Shown in pieces: positions 18,124 through 27,386 of a stretch of 43,037 nucleotides of DNA. The stretch is from a virus. Its lineage: Duplodnaviria; Caudoviricetes. Location: positions 1 through 43,037 of the IMG/VR virus record IMGVR_UViG_3300049144_000060. One strand, written 5' to 3'. Both the position numbers and the translations under genes were made by a program. Within the stretch, counting starts at the first letter, position 1. Each line of letters opens with the position of its first letter. The notes beneath the pieces are model-generated. The model had not been told where the DNA came from, ran no database searches, and was given only the letters and a program-made list of their open reading frames with translations.

Positions 18124-18271
18124 AGGCCGGTTCTCCTTCTCACTCAAGGAAGCCGGACGAGACCCCCGGTGCTCGCTTGGCCGCATCACCGGGGGTCGCC
18201 GTTTTAAGGTCTCACTGAGTGAGACGCCCGAACTTGCCCTAGAGTTCCGCCCTTTGGAGTGAATTTGCTGG

Positions 18272-18649
18272 TCAGCGCCCCAGTCGCAATGCGCGACCCA
18301 GGAAATCATTAGCCCTGCTCCCGGGGTGGCGAACGAGCTTCGTGTAGACCACGTCACCGCCGACTTCGAACCGGAGCGCTTTCGCCCGGCGCGGGCGGAT
18401 GAGGTGTGGACGGGTGGCGTTCAAGACGTAGTGGACGGCCGGGTGATCACACACGATGACGCCTTGCAGGCCGCGCGGCCCTTCGGTGACCTTCCAGTCG
18501 ATGTACTGGCCCATGCTGCCGGGCGCCTCAGTCTCCGCAATGCGAGCCACCCGCTCCGTGCGGGCGCTCATCCGGCGGTGGGCGATACCGCCCCGGGCGC
18601 GGATGAGGCGCAGTATGCGACCGGGGTCGACGGTGACTTCGACGCTCAC
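18272..18649 (-). CDS. neck/tail completion protein (HK97 gp10-like)
   Basis: TRPHLIRPRRAKALRF...VRHPG..AN.FL.RAL; position. Confidence 0.7.
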   Translation of the reverse strand: MSVEVTVDPGRILRLIRARGGIAHRRMSARTERVARIAETEAPGSMGQYIDWKVTEGPRGLQGVIVCDHPAVHYVLNATRPHLIRPRRAKALRFEVGGDVVYTKLVRHPGSRANDFLGRALRLGR

Positions 18650-19230
18650 GGGGTCACCGCCTCGTCGGGGCAGCCGCAGCCGGGCAGGGCGACGGTGACG
18701 CGCTGCTCGACGCCGACGCAGCCCCCTTCGGGGCCGAGGATGCGCGACTGTCCGAGGACGAACTTGCGGCCCCTACGGCTGGTGCTCGTCGCCGGGAGAC
18801 AGCACAGCAGCGCATTCATGATGACCGCCGAGTCGATGTGGACGGTGCGGGCGACGGCGGCCTGCTCGTCGCACGACGGTGGACAGCCCCGATCAGTGGG
18901 CAGGGGCGCGCATCGCAGCAGCGTCACCACGTACTCAACCGCGGTGATCGGCGGCGGGGTGCAGCCTCGCAGTCCCTGCACCTCCGCGTCCTGCGCCGGG
19001 AAGTTCGAGGAGGGGTACATGCGGGCGACGGACACCGACAGCTGACCGCCGGTCTCCCCCGTGCACGGCTCGGCGCACGAATCCCATGCCGGCTGGCCGG
19101 GCACGATGCACGCCCGGCAGGGGCAGCCGGGGTAGTCGTCGATGTCGGCGGCGGTTTCGTCGAGGGCGGCGCACACGCAGCCGAGGAGGGCCTGGGCTAG
19201 GTCGTGGACGGCGAGCGCCTGCAGCGCCAT
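18646..19230 (-). CDS. tail terminator-like protein
   Basis: Neck position; AWD.C...GQLSV, GP.GGCVG. Confidence 0.65.
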   Translation of the reverse strand: MALQALAVHDLAQALLGCVCAALDETAADIDDYPGCPCRACIVPGQPAWDSCAEPCTGETGGQLSVSVARMYPSSNFPAQDAEVQGLRGCTPPPITAVEYVVTLLRCAPLPTDRGCPPSCDEQAAVARTVHIDSAVIMNALLCCLPATSTSRRGRKFVLGQSRILGPEGGCVGVEQRVTVALPGCGCPDEAVTP

Positions 19231-19239
19231 GAGGGCTCC

Positions 19240-20049
19240 TTACGGCCAGATCTGCGAGCGGGGCCGCCGATGGTCGGGGCTGTAGACGCGGCTGGGAGAC
19301 GTGAGCCGGTGGGGGTTGACGGTGGTGAGCCAGAGGTCGACGAGGGGCAGGCCGGTGCGCATCTCGGTGTAGAGCAGCGTCGGGTCGGCGAACTCCTGGT
19401 CGATGCCTTGACGGGAGAGACGGGTGACGTTCGCGGGCATCTTGCAGCCGCAGGCGCCGCCTCCGTTGCAGCCTTTGAGCAGGTGGCAGACGAGTTCGCT
19501 GTAGGCGGCGATCGCAGCGTCGTCGAGGGGTAGGCCGATGCGGTAGTGCACGGCGAACGTGCCCGGCTCACCGACGGGGGCGGCGAGGTCTTGGCAGTCG
19601 GGCCAGCAGCCGCCGTCGGTGCGCACCAGCAGCCCCGGCGAGTCGACCCGATACGCCGACGCCGGCAGCGTGACACCGTCGACCTCGACGCCGAGGATGT
19701 CGTAGACGGGCCCTTCGAGGCGGACTTCGCACAGCTCGGTGCAGGAGCAGTCGGAGGCGCAGCCGCACACGGACGCGTTGCGCCACTGCCCGTCGCGGCC
19801 GATGTACGGGATCCACGGCGAGCCGCCAGCCCAGGATGAGGCGAGCGGCAGGGAGTCGAGGCAGCTGCGCCGGCAGGGCCGCACCGTGTAGGGGCAGGAG
19901 GGGCCCCAGCGTCGGCCGGACAGGTTGAACAGGATGGTGGTGGCGACCCGCTTCCACCGGTCGAGTGTCGCGTCTTCGGCGTCTTCGGCTGCGGAGCAGC
20001 ACGACATATCGAGTGGCCAGGGCTCACAGAGGGGCCGTTGCAGGGCCAC
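19240..20049 (-). CDS. head-to-tail adaptor
   Basis: IL..LSGRRW..C..TVRPC, V.VDG.TL...AYRVD, CWP.CQD, RQG, TGLP.VDLWL..VNP. Confidence 0.75.
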   Translation of the reverse strand: MALQRPLCEPWPLDMSCCSAAEDAEDATLDRWKRVATTILFNLSGRRWGPSCPYTVRPCRRSCLDSLPLASSWAGGSPWIPYIGRDGQWRNASVCGCASDCSCTELCEVRLEGPVYDILGVEVDGVTLPASAYRVDSPGLLVRTDGGCWPDCQDLAAPVGEPGTFAVHYRIGLPLDDAAIAAYSELVCHLLKGCNGGGACGCKMPANVTRLSRQGIDQEFADPTLLYTEMRTGLPLVDLWLTTVNPHRLTSPSRVYSPDHRRPRSQIWP

Positions 20050-20078
20050 GACGTCTCCTCACAGGGGGTGGGCGGGGT

Positions 20079-20122
20079 GTGCGGTGGCCGGACGGGGAAC
20101 GGGGTCCGTGCGGCCACCGCAC
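20079..20122 (-). terminator. hairpin after the major tail gene
   Basis: GTGCGGTGGCCG...CGGCCACCGCAC 12-bp stem. Confidence 0.6.
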
Positions 20123-20149
20123 GATCAGGGGCGCCAACAGCCGGGTCTG

Positions 20150-20836
20150 TTACGGCGCCGGGACGGGCACCGCCGCGTAGTCACACGACGGCACCGGGGG
20201 CGGCGTGGTCGTAATGAAGGTGCGGCGGTGGCAGGAGCTGTCGAGCGGGGTGAGCATCGGGCCGGGCGTTCCTGCGGCGTCGGTCGGCATGACGTCGTAG
20301 GGGCCGACTCCCCAGGAGCCGCCCGCGCGGGTGGAGCCGGTGATCTGCAGGGTGACGGCCTCGGATCCGATCTCCAGGTCGCCGAGGAGTCCGTTGGTGA
20401 CCCAAGGCAGCAGGAAGTAGATCCACTGGCCTTCGGCGCCTTCGACGCACTCCTCGCCGAGGACTTCGGCCCACAGTTCCAAGGCGAAGCCGGTGTCGCA
20501 GCGAACCGAGCAGGTGTCGAAGCCGATGGGCTGGCCGTCGTAGCCGAGGACGACGGGGTTGCCGGTGAGGATCTCGATCAGCTCGGGGCTGACGGAGAAA
20601 ACGTTCATCTCGAGGTCGAAGCCTCGGAAGGTGGGGCAGCCGCGCTTGAAGCCGCAGACGCGGCCGTTGGCGGCCTTGTACTCGATGTCTTCGCCGTCGT
20701 CCGAGTTGATGTTCATGCCGAGGCTTGCGAAGCAATCGAAGACGAAGCCGTTGTCGGGGCCGGGGATGGGGTTGCCGCACTGGTCGAGGCGCGTCACGCG
20801 CATGACGTCCGCGTTCGCGATGAGGGGGCAGGACAA
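20150..20836 (-). CDS. major tail (tail tube) protein
   Basis: AGGAGG RBS, TTG start; RVTRLD.CG.P, GFALELW, Y.LLPW. Confidence 0.8.
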   Translation of the reverse strand: MSCPLIANADVMRVTRLDQCGNPIPGPDNGFVFDCFASLGMNINSDDGEDIEYKAANGRVCGFKRGCPTFRGFDLEMNVFSVSPELIEILTGNPVVLGYDGQPIGFDTCSVRCDTGFALELWAEVLGEECVEGAEGQWIYFLLPWVTNGLLGDLEIGSEAVTLQITGSTRAGGSWGVGPYDVMPTDAAGTPGPMLTPLDSSCHRRTFITTTPPPVPSCDYAAVPVPAP

Positions 20837-20861
20837 GCCAGGAACCTCCTACTAGCAGGAG

Positions 20862-20897
20862 GCCCGGCCCAGAACCAGCGGCTCGCAAATCAGTTTA
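20862..20897 (-). promoter_or_regulatory. late leader motif copy 8 (20862-20879) plus -10 TAAACT
   Basis: GCTGGTTCTGGGCCGGGC, 25 nt before TTG20836. Confidence 0.8.
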
Positions 20898-20998
20898 TCG
20901 GTCGGCGATCAGCGTCAGACCGCCGTCGTCCTCCCGCAGGCTGATCCCGGAGCCCTCAAGGGCGTACTGCACGCGGGGCCTCCCTTCACGTGAGAAGG

Positions 20999-21029
20999 GC
21001 CGCGCCCGGCCTGGAGGACCGGGCGCGGC
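20999..21029 (-). terminator. intrinsic terminator
   Basis: GCCGCGCCCGG-N9-CCGGGCGCGGC followed by CCTTCT on minus. Confidence 0.7.
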
Positions 21030-21035
21030 ACCGGG

Positions 21036-24000
21036 TCAGCCGTTCGCCGACGACGGCGGTAGGAAGCAGGGGGCGACGCGCCAGCCGTCGGGCACGCTGT
21101 CCTGCCTCTGCCCGTCCTCGTCGAGGTAGTAGATCGAGTCGTCGCAGCACACCATCCGTGTCCACGACCGCGTCTCCGGGATCACCTGGTAGTACACGCG
21201 CAGGTGCACCATGAGGCCGGCGCCGCCGCCCACGGTCTCCTCGACGTCGAGGTAGAGCGCGTTGCGGCCGGCCTTGGCGCCGGGGATGGCGTCCGGCCCG
21301 AAGGTGTAGGTCGTGCCGTTGTGCGTGGCCGTGGCGGGCAGCGGCTGCCAGGCGCCATCGTTCAGGCGGAACGCGCGGCCAGCCTGGTCGGCGTTGAACA
21401 CAGTCGCCTGCACCCGGATGGTCGCCGGGTCCGCGTTGGTCGGCAGGTCGAAGAACGCCCGCGGGTACCAGTGCGTGTTCAGCAGCGACGGGCCCTCATT
21501 GGGTCGCGGCGGGCTCGCCTGCGCCGAGCGGCCGTCCGGGTGCGGGCTCACCCACCACGCCGGCCGTGCCGTGTCGGAGTCCCGCACCGTCCAGTCGGCG
21601 GAGAACTGGAACTGGTACATGTCGTACCAGGGCGGGTTCGCCACGCTCAGGTCCGTGGTCCACTTCCACACCGGGTCCACCGAATTGTCATTGCGGTGCG
21701 CCTCATTGGAGATGAACTCACGGACCTGCGTCGGGATCTGCTGAATGCACACCTGCACGGGCTGGCAGCAGGTGTCGCTGCAGGTGAGCGTCGCCCGCGC
21801 GGGCAGCGGTTGCCGGGAGTCCCCGTCAACGATGGAGATGACGCCGTGACAGTCCGCCAGCTTGAGCGCCGGCCACGGCACGGTCTGGGCGACGACGCCG
21901 CACAGCCGCTCGTTGTGCGGTGTCGGCGGGTCCGCGAACCCGACGGTGGTGATGGCCAGACGGAGTGGCGTGGAGAACTCGATACGGAACCGGTCGCCGG
22001 GCTCCAGGTTCAGTTTCGTGGTGTCCGCGTTGAGAGCCAGACCGTTGCCGGCCAGAGCGCGCAGCGTGATGGTGGTGCTGCCGACCTTCGCTGTCCCCAC
22101 GTAGGTTGGCGACGACTGCGTGGGGTGGGTGGGGATCGCCGGCTGGAAGAGGGCGAAGTTGATGTTCCCGCCCAGGTCGGAGCTGTAGAAGCCCATCCCG
22201 GAGATCGCGCCGGTATCCGACTGGTACGTTCCTTCCCAGGACGTGACGCGGTCGCCGTAGGTGTAGCCCGGGTTGGTGGCGGTGCCCAGCCAGCAGTCAG
22301 GGTACGACACACTGTCGAGGGTGAAGCCCACGGCGGTGTCGGGCATCGAGTAGACGCATTCGCTCATCACCGTGGTGTCGCACGGCTGCGGCTCCGTGCA
22401 CTGCCCGACCACCCCCAGTGGGGTGTACGGCGTGACGCCGTCCACTGTGGTGTCGGTGACGCTGGTGACCTGGCCGTCGCAGTCCCGGCAGATATGCCGC
22501 ATGAACTGCCCGGCGGGCACGACGTTGATCGCGCCGACCCACGAGGTGTGGAACTGCCCGCACGCGGCGAAGCGGTTGCCGAGGTAGGCCGTCCTCAGAG
22601 ATGCCACGGGCTCTGTGGTGCGGAACCGTGCTGCCACGGCGCGCGTCGGGTTGGTCAGGTTCGGGCACTGCTCGCCCACCTGCCCGGCGGTTACGCACAC
22701 CTGGTTCGTTGCCGGGTTGTAGACGAAGCCTGTGGGCAGTGAGATGACCTCGACGCCGGGCGGGAGCTGCATGCAGTTGTCGTCCGCCTGCGCCGCTGCC
22801 GAGTCGTAGGCCATGTAGACGGAGAACTCGATGAAGGACGGTCGGCTGAAGGTGAATGTGTACGGCGGGGCGGCGATGTTCGGGAAGTTCTCCGGCCTGC
22901 CCCACCAGGCGCCATCGGCGTTGGTGACTTTGCTGGGGGTCGGGGCGCCGCTGCCGCGCACACTCCAGGTCACGCCGTTCGTGAGCGTCCCGGAGGACAC
23001 GCCGGAGCCCGTGATGGTAGCGGGCACGTCGGCGCCCTGGTCGCACAGGATCAGCGTCTCGCAGTTCTGGCATGCCGGCGCAGGCGCCGCTGTGGTGCCG
23101 ATGCACGGCACGATGACCGCGTCGTCCACGATGTCGCCGCTGTTCGCGTCGCGGACGGCGGGAACGCCCGTGCCCCACTCGACGTAGCCGGACCTCACGG
23201 CAGCCCCGGAGACGACCTCGATGGCGAAGTCGACCGTGGCGTTGCCACTCAGGGTGATGACCGAGCCGTCCTCGAAGTCCAGCGCCGTGAACGCGCCAGG
23301 GTTGTCGGTGACGATCCGGCCCGAGCCGCCGCCGGGCACGGTGAACGTCAGCGTGTGTGGGCCGTTGGTCTGGGTGAGCGTGCCGTCCGCGTAGGTCACG
23401 CCCGGCTGCGCGCCCTCCACCAGGGCGGAGACCTGCGCGCCGCCGCAGTCCACGGTCAGCGTCGCCTCGTAGGAGGAGAAGAGGTCGATCTCCCGCCAGC
23501 CGATGTCCGGGGCGACCGTGCCCGTCGACGTCGGGAACTTCGCCAGGTTGGACAGCCGCATCCGCACCACGCCGTCCAGGTTGCCGACCGGCGTCACGCA
23601 CGGCGTGGCATAGGCGCTGTTGCTGCTGTAGGTGCAGGTGACGAGGGGGCCGGTGAACAGGACCGCGTCGGCGGCGTTGTAGAGCGTGACCGTGGCGGAG
23701 CCGATGCCGTCGTTGTCGGTGACGATGCCACCGAAGCCGTTCCACAGCCGGACGGCGGTGACGTTGTCGCGGGGCTCCGACAGCCGGTAGTCGATGACGA
23801 CGGCGGTGTTCCCCTGGAACTGGTCGCAGTCGATGACACCGGTAGGGGCGGACGGGCCGCCCGCGCCGGTGACGTCCCCGTTGAACGTGCTGTCCAGGGC
23901 GTCCTGAAGGATCTGGAAGTTCAGCGGGTTGTCGACCACACGCGCGGAGATGAAGCGCGGCTGCGGGATGTCCGTGATCTGCACGTTGCTGCACGGGCCG

Positions 24001-25172
24001 TAGGAGGTCGTGGACCGGTAGCAGACCATCTCCCGGTCCGGGCCGTCCGAGGTGAGCGGCTGGCAGACGCCGGCCGTGCCGAGGACCGTGTACGGGGTGG
24101 TGCCGTTCAGGGCGGTGTCGGTGACGGCGGTGACCGTGCCGTCGCAGGTCCGGCAGATAGTCCGCAGGAAACTGACCGGCTCGGGGTTGAGCGTGATGCC
24201 ACCGAACTGGAACGGGCCGATCTCCGTGCAGGCCGGGGCCGCAGCTCCGAGGTAGTGCACCTGGAATGACGGCACGGGGGTGGTGATGAGGAACCGCGCC
24301 GACGTGGCGTTGAGCGGGGTCTGGAAGGTCGAGCACGGCGCCTGATTGGCAGTGGCATCCACCGTGAGCCTGCCGGTTGCCGCGTCGTAGGCGTAGCCGG
24401 CCGGGAGGTTGATGACCGTGAGCCCGGCGGGGAGCTGCGCCGTAGCGGGCGTGCCGCCGCCACCGCCGCTGTAGCGCATGACGACGCTGAAAGCGACCGT
24501 GGCCGGCGAGTCCAGCTCGACCGTGGTCAGCCCGTAGGCGGCATTGGGATAGGTGGCGACCGTCCACCAGGCGCCGTCCGCGGTGTCCTTGACCGACTCG
24601 AACGGCGCATCGGCGTCGCCCAGCACCGTCCACCCGATGCCGTTCTCGGCGACGCCCTGCGCCGCGTTGTCACCCCGGATCACTCCCGGCTGCGTGCCGG
24701 GCGGGGAGAGACGGTCGCAGAGCTGGATGGTCTCGCAGTCGTCGCACTGCGGCGGGATGCAGGCGCCGACGGTGCCGGTGACGGTATACGGGGCGCCGTC
24801 GAGCGTGAGGTCGGTGTGCCCGTCCGGCTCGCCCGTCGCGCAGTCGTAGGAGTAGCGGCGCAGGAACCGGACGGGGTCGCCGCCGCCGGGCGGGGTGTCG
24901 CACAGCAGTTCCGTGTGACTGTCGCAGCCGTTCTCGCCGGGGCAGTGCTTCAGTTCACCCTGCGGCGTGTACGCCTCGCCGGTGGCCGGGTCAACGGTGC
25001 GGGTGCCGATACGGTCGCCGCTGCTGACGTCGTACACCGGCTCCAGCAGCACCGTCTTGGCGACCGTGCCGTCCGGGAGGACGTCGCACAGGATCTCGGT
25101 CTCCACGTCCACTCTGGTGGGCGGCACCGCCTGGTTGAAGATCACGGGCTGTCCGCAGCCGCATCCGCTCAC
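21036..25172 (-). CDS. giant Cys-rich modular protein (1378 aa), putative head fibre/adhesin
   Basis: GTGA overlap start MSGCGCG; LCD...FLR...DG.TPY...G..G.C repeats with inserted beta-rich domains. Confidence 0.8.
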   Translation of the reverse strand: MSGCGCGQPVIFNQAVPPTRVDVETEILCDVLPDGTVAKTVLLEPVYDVSSGDRIGTRTVDPATGEAYTPQGELKHCPGENGCDSHTELLCDTPPGGGDPVRFLRRYSYDCATGEPDGHTDLTLDGAPYTVTGTVGACIPPQCDDCETIQLCDRLSPPGTQPGVIRGDNAAQGVAENGIGWTVLGDADAPFESVKDTADGAWWTVATYPNAAYGLTTVELDSPATVAFSVVMRYSGGGGGTPATAQLPAGLTVINLPAGYAYDAATGRLTVDATANQAPCSTFQTPLNATSARFLITTPVPSFQVHYLGAAAPACTEIGPFQFGGITLNPEPVSFLRTICRTCDGTVTAVTDTALNGTTPYTVLGTAGVCQPLTSDGPDREMVCYRSTTSYGPCSNVQITDIPQPRFISARVVDNPLNFQILQDALDSTFNGDVTGAGGPSAPTGVIDCDQFQGNTAVVIDYRLSEPRDNVTAVRLWNGFGGIVTDNDGIGSATVTLYNAADAVLFTGPLVTCTYSSNSAYATPCVTPVGNLDGVVRMRLSNLAKFPTSTGTVAPDIGWREIDLFSSYEATLTVDCGGAQVSALVEGAQPGVTYADGTLTQTNGPHTLTFTVPGGGSGRIVTDNPGAFTALDFEDGSVITLSGNATVDFAIEVVSGAAVRSGYVEWGTGVPAVRDANSGDIVDDAVIVPCIGTTAAPAPACQNCETLILCDQGADVPATITGSGVSSGTLTNGVTWSVRGSGAPTPSKVTNADGAWWGRPENFPNIAAPPYTFTFSRPSFIEFSVYMAYDSAAAQADDNCMQLPPGVEVISLPTGFVYNPATNQVCVTAGQVGEQCPNLTNPTRAVAARFRTTEPVASLRTAYLGNRFAACGQFHTSWVGAINVVPAGQFMRHICRDCDGQVTSVTDTTVDGVTPYTPLGVVGQCTEPQPCDTTVMSECVYSMPDTAVGFTLDSVSYPDCWLGTATNPGYTYGDRVTSWEGTYQSDTGAISGMGFYSSDLGGNINFALFQPAIPTHPTQSSPTYVGTAKVGSTTITLRALAGNGLALNADTTKLNLEPGDRFRIEFSTPLRLAITTVGFADPPTPHNERLCGVVAQTVPWPALKLADCHGVISIVDGDSRQPLPARATLTCSDTCCQPVQVCIQQIPTQVREFISNEAHRNDNSVDPVWKWTTDLSVANPPWYDMYQFQFSADWTVRDSDTARPAWWVSPHPDGRSAQASPPRPNEGPSLLNTHWYPRAFFDLPTNADPATIRVQATVFNADQAGRAFRLNDGAWQPLPATATHNGTTYTFGPDAIPGAKAGRNALYLDVEETVGGGAGLMVHLRVYYQVIPETRSWTRMVCCDDSIYYLDEDGQRQDSVPDGWRVAPCFLPPSSANG

Positions 25173-27001
25173 AGGTCCACTCCTGTCGTCCAGTTGATCG
25201 TTATGGCCCCGGTGGCGGCCTCGATGGTCAGCGGCCCGATGAGCCGCACGTCCACGTCCCGGGTGATGGACCACTGCGCGGTCTCGCCGTCGTGCAGGGT
25301 GCTCGTGCCGTCGGCGGTGGTGATGGTGCCGGTGCCGCCCCAAGCGGTCGCCTGCACGGCGCGCAGCGTCCCGTGCGCGGCGGCGGTCCAGGTCTGGCCG
25401 GCGGCGAGCTCGACGCGGTGCGCCTGCACGCCGATGGGCCGCTCGGGCACCGCGTCCGGGGAGTCGCAGTCCACCGGCGCGGTGGGGGTGTACGGCCCCG
25501 ACAGGTCACACAGGTAGGTGCCGAGGCTGGTGACGTTGCCTGCGCAGTCCACGCCGAGCATCTCGGTATACGTGACGTCCGCGATGCCGTCGCCGTTGGT
25601 GTCGTCGCAGCGCTCGGCCTGGACCAGGTTGGTCACCGGGCAGTCGTCGGGGCCACAGACGCCCACGGTGCCCGTCACCCGGTAGGGGGTGACGCCGTCC
25701 AGGGTGACGTCCGCAGTGTCGAGGACGTAGCCGCTGCACGTGGTGGTGATCTTCCGCAGGAACGGCGTCGACTGCCCGTCGGCCGTGACGTCGCACAGCA
25801 TCTCGAACGTGCTGCCGCACGGCTCCGGGGCCGGGGCCTCACCGTCGTCGGTGTCGCAGTCGATCGGCGCTACGGGCTCGTAGACGTCCGCCAGGTCGCA
25901 CGTGCGGGTGGCGAGGCTGGTGACATTGCCTTCGCAGTCCACCGCGAGGAGCTCGATGTACGTAGTGTCGGGCTGCCCGTCGCCGTCGGTGTCGTCGCAG
26001 CGCTCCGCCTGGATGATGTTCTGGACGTCGCAGCCGGTGTCGCATACGTCGACGGCGCCGCTCGGGGTGTACGCGGCGCCGTCGAGCGTGTAGTCCGTGT
26101 GGCCGGTGATCTGGCCGTTCTCGTCGCGCATGTAGTCGCGCAGGATGCGGCGCACGCTGCCGTCCGCCCGCGTCTCGCACAGCACGACGAGATCCTTCTC
26201 GGGCTGCGCGACGCCAGCCGGGCAGGTCGTGATCTCGCCCTGTGGCGTATAGAGCTGGCCCGTCGTCGCGTCGACGATACGGACGCCGGACACGCCGCCG
26301 TCCGGGCTGTAGGTGTACTCGATCAGGACGAGTCCGTACACGGTGCCCGTGCCGGGGTCGACGTCGCAGAACGTGCCGGTCGTCGACACGCTGCGCGGCG
26401 TGCCGCACGCGACTACGCCTGCCGGGGGCCGGCCGGCCGAGTAGGCGCCCGTCGCAAGGTTCAGCCAGCCCTCTTGCCGGATCGCGCCGTCGCAGTCGCG
26501 GGTGACGAGGACGCCGATCGGTGTGCCGTCGGCGAGGCATAGGCCGAGCGTCGCGACGGGGGCGTGCTGCTCGGCGCAGTCCGAGCCGCCGTCGCACGAG
26601 CGGACGGTGCCGATGACGACGTGCGGGGTCTCGCCGTCGACTTCTACGTCGAGGTAGGCGGCGGTGCCGTTCGACAGGAACGTGAACTTTCGCAGGAACG
26701 GGCGGCCGGAGTCGTCGCAGAGCAGTTCGGTGTGGCACTGCATGGTGCCGTGCTCGCAGTCGACTGGCGAGACGGGCGTGTACGGCTCGGACGGGTCGCC
26801 CTGGTAGGTGAGGACGAGCTGGCTGGTGCCGTCCTGCTGAATGCACCACAGCTCGCTGTAGGTGGTGTCGGGCAGGCCGTCACCGGTTGTGTCGTCGCAG
26901 CGCAGGACGCAGGTTGTGGTGACGCACGTGGGGGGGCATTCGCATTCGCCTCCGCCGCCTCCCCCGGCGCCGCAGGTGCAGCCGCTGTAGGAGATGGCCA
27001 T
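25169..27001 (-). CDS. Cys-rich repeat protein (610 aa) with Dx[DNT]xDG loops
   Basis: Repeats CDDTxGDG.PD.TY.EL and LCD....FLR....DG.TPY..G.V..C. Confidence 0.85.
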   Translation of the reverse strand: MAISYSGCTCGAGGGGGGECECPPTCVTTTCVLRCDDTTGDGLPDTTYSELWCIQQDGTSQLVLTYQGDPSEPYTPVSPVDCEHGTMQCHTELLCDDSGRPFLRKFTFLSNGTAAYLDVEVDGETPHVVIGTVRSCDGGSDCAEQHAPVATLGLCLADGTPIGVLVTRDCDGAIRQEGWLNLATGAYSAGRPPAGVVACGTPRSVSTTGTFCDVDPGTGTVYGLVLIEYTYSPDGGVSGVRIVDATTGQLYTPQGEITTCPAGVAQPEKDLVVLCETRADGSVRRILRDYMRDENGQITGHTDYTLDGAAYTPSGAVDVCDTGCDVQNIIQAERCDDTDGDGQPDTTYIELLAVDCEGNVTSLATRTCDLADVYEPVAPIDCDTDDGEAPAPEPCGSTFEMLCDVTADGQSTPFLRKITTTCSGYVLDTADVTLDGVTPYRVTGTVGVCGPDDCPVTNLVQAERCDDTNGDGIADVTYTEMLGVDCAGNVTSLGTYLCDLSGPYTPTAPVDCDSPDAVPERPIGVQAHRVELAAGQTWTAAAHGTLRAVQATAWGGTGTITTADGTSTLHDGETAQWSITRDVDVRLIGPLTIEAATGAITINWTTGVDL

Positions 27002-27384
27002 CAGCTATCCCCCTCGGGGTGGGCTTGGCGGCGGTGGGTGTTCCGGCCGCGTTCGGTGGTGAAGGTGCGCGGGCACCGGTCACAGGCGTAGGCGTCGTCG
27101 CTGGTGGGGGCGTCCTCCAGCGGCGCGAAGTCCGAACTCGGTCCGGCCCCGAATGCTTCGGGGGTGGCGACGCCCAGGAGTTCCTGGCCCGCGTCCTCGA
27201 CGGGTGAGCGGTAGCGGTGGCCGTCGACGAGGGAGCCGATCAGCAGCTCCTCCGGCATGTGCGTGAACAGGTCCGGGGGGACGGCGAACTCGCTGTGGGA
27301 GCAGGTGGCTACCTGCGGGGTCTGGGCGGTCGCCCACCGGGCGAACGCCGTGCGCCGCTCGGGCGCGGGCCGCACTTTGATCAT
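27001..27384 (-). CDS. hypothetical protein with C-terminal C2H2 zinc finger
   Basis: YACDRCPRTFTTERGRNTHRRQAH. Confidence 0.75.
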   Translation of the reverse strand: MIKVRPAPERRTAFARWATAQTPQVATCSHSEFAVPPDLFTHMPEELLIGSLVDGHRYRSPVEDAGQELLGVATPEAFGAGPSSDFAPLEDAPTSDDAYACDRCPRTFTTERGRNTHRRQAHPEGDS

Positions 27385-27386
27385 CG

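Noticed and set aside
17224-18357. Group I intron or intein around the endonuclease
   Set aside because: Flanking genes are intact separate ORFs and no splicing motifs were recognised.
21036-27001. Internal duplications as a diversity-generating retroelement TR/VR pair
   Set aside because: No reverse transcriptase in the window; both copies are coding and the differences are not confined to adenines.
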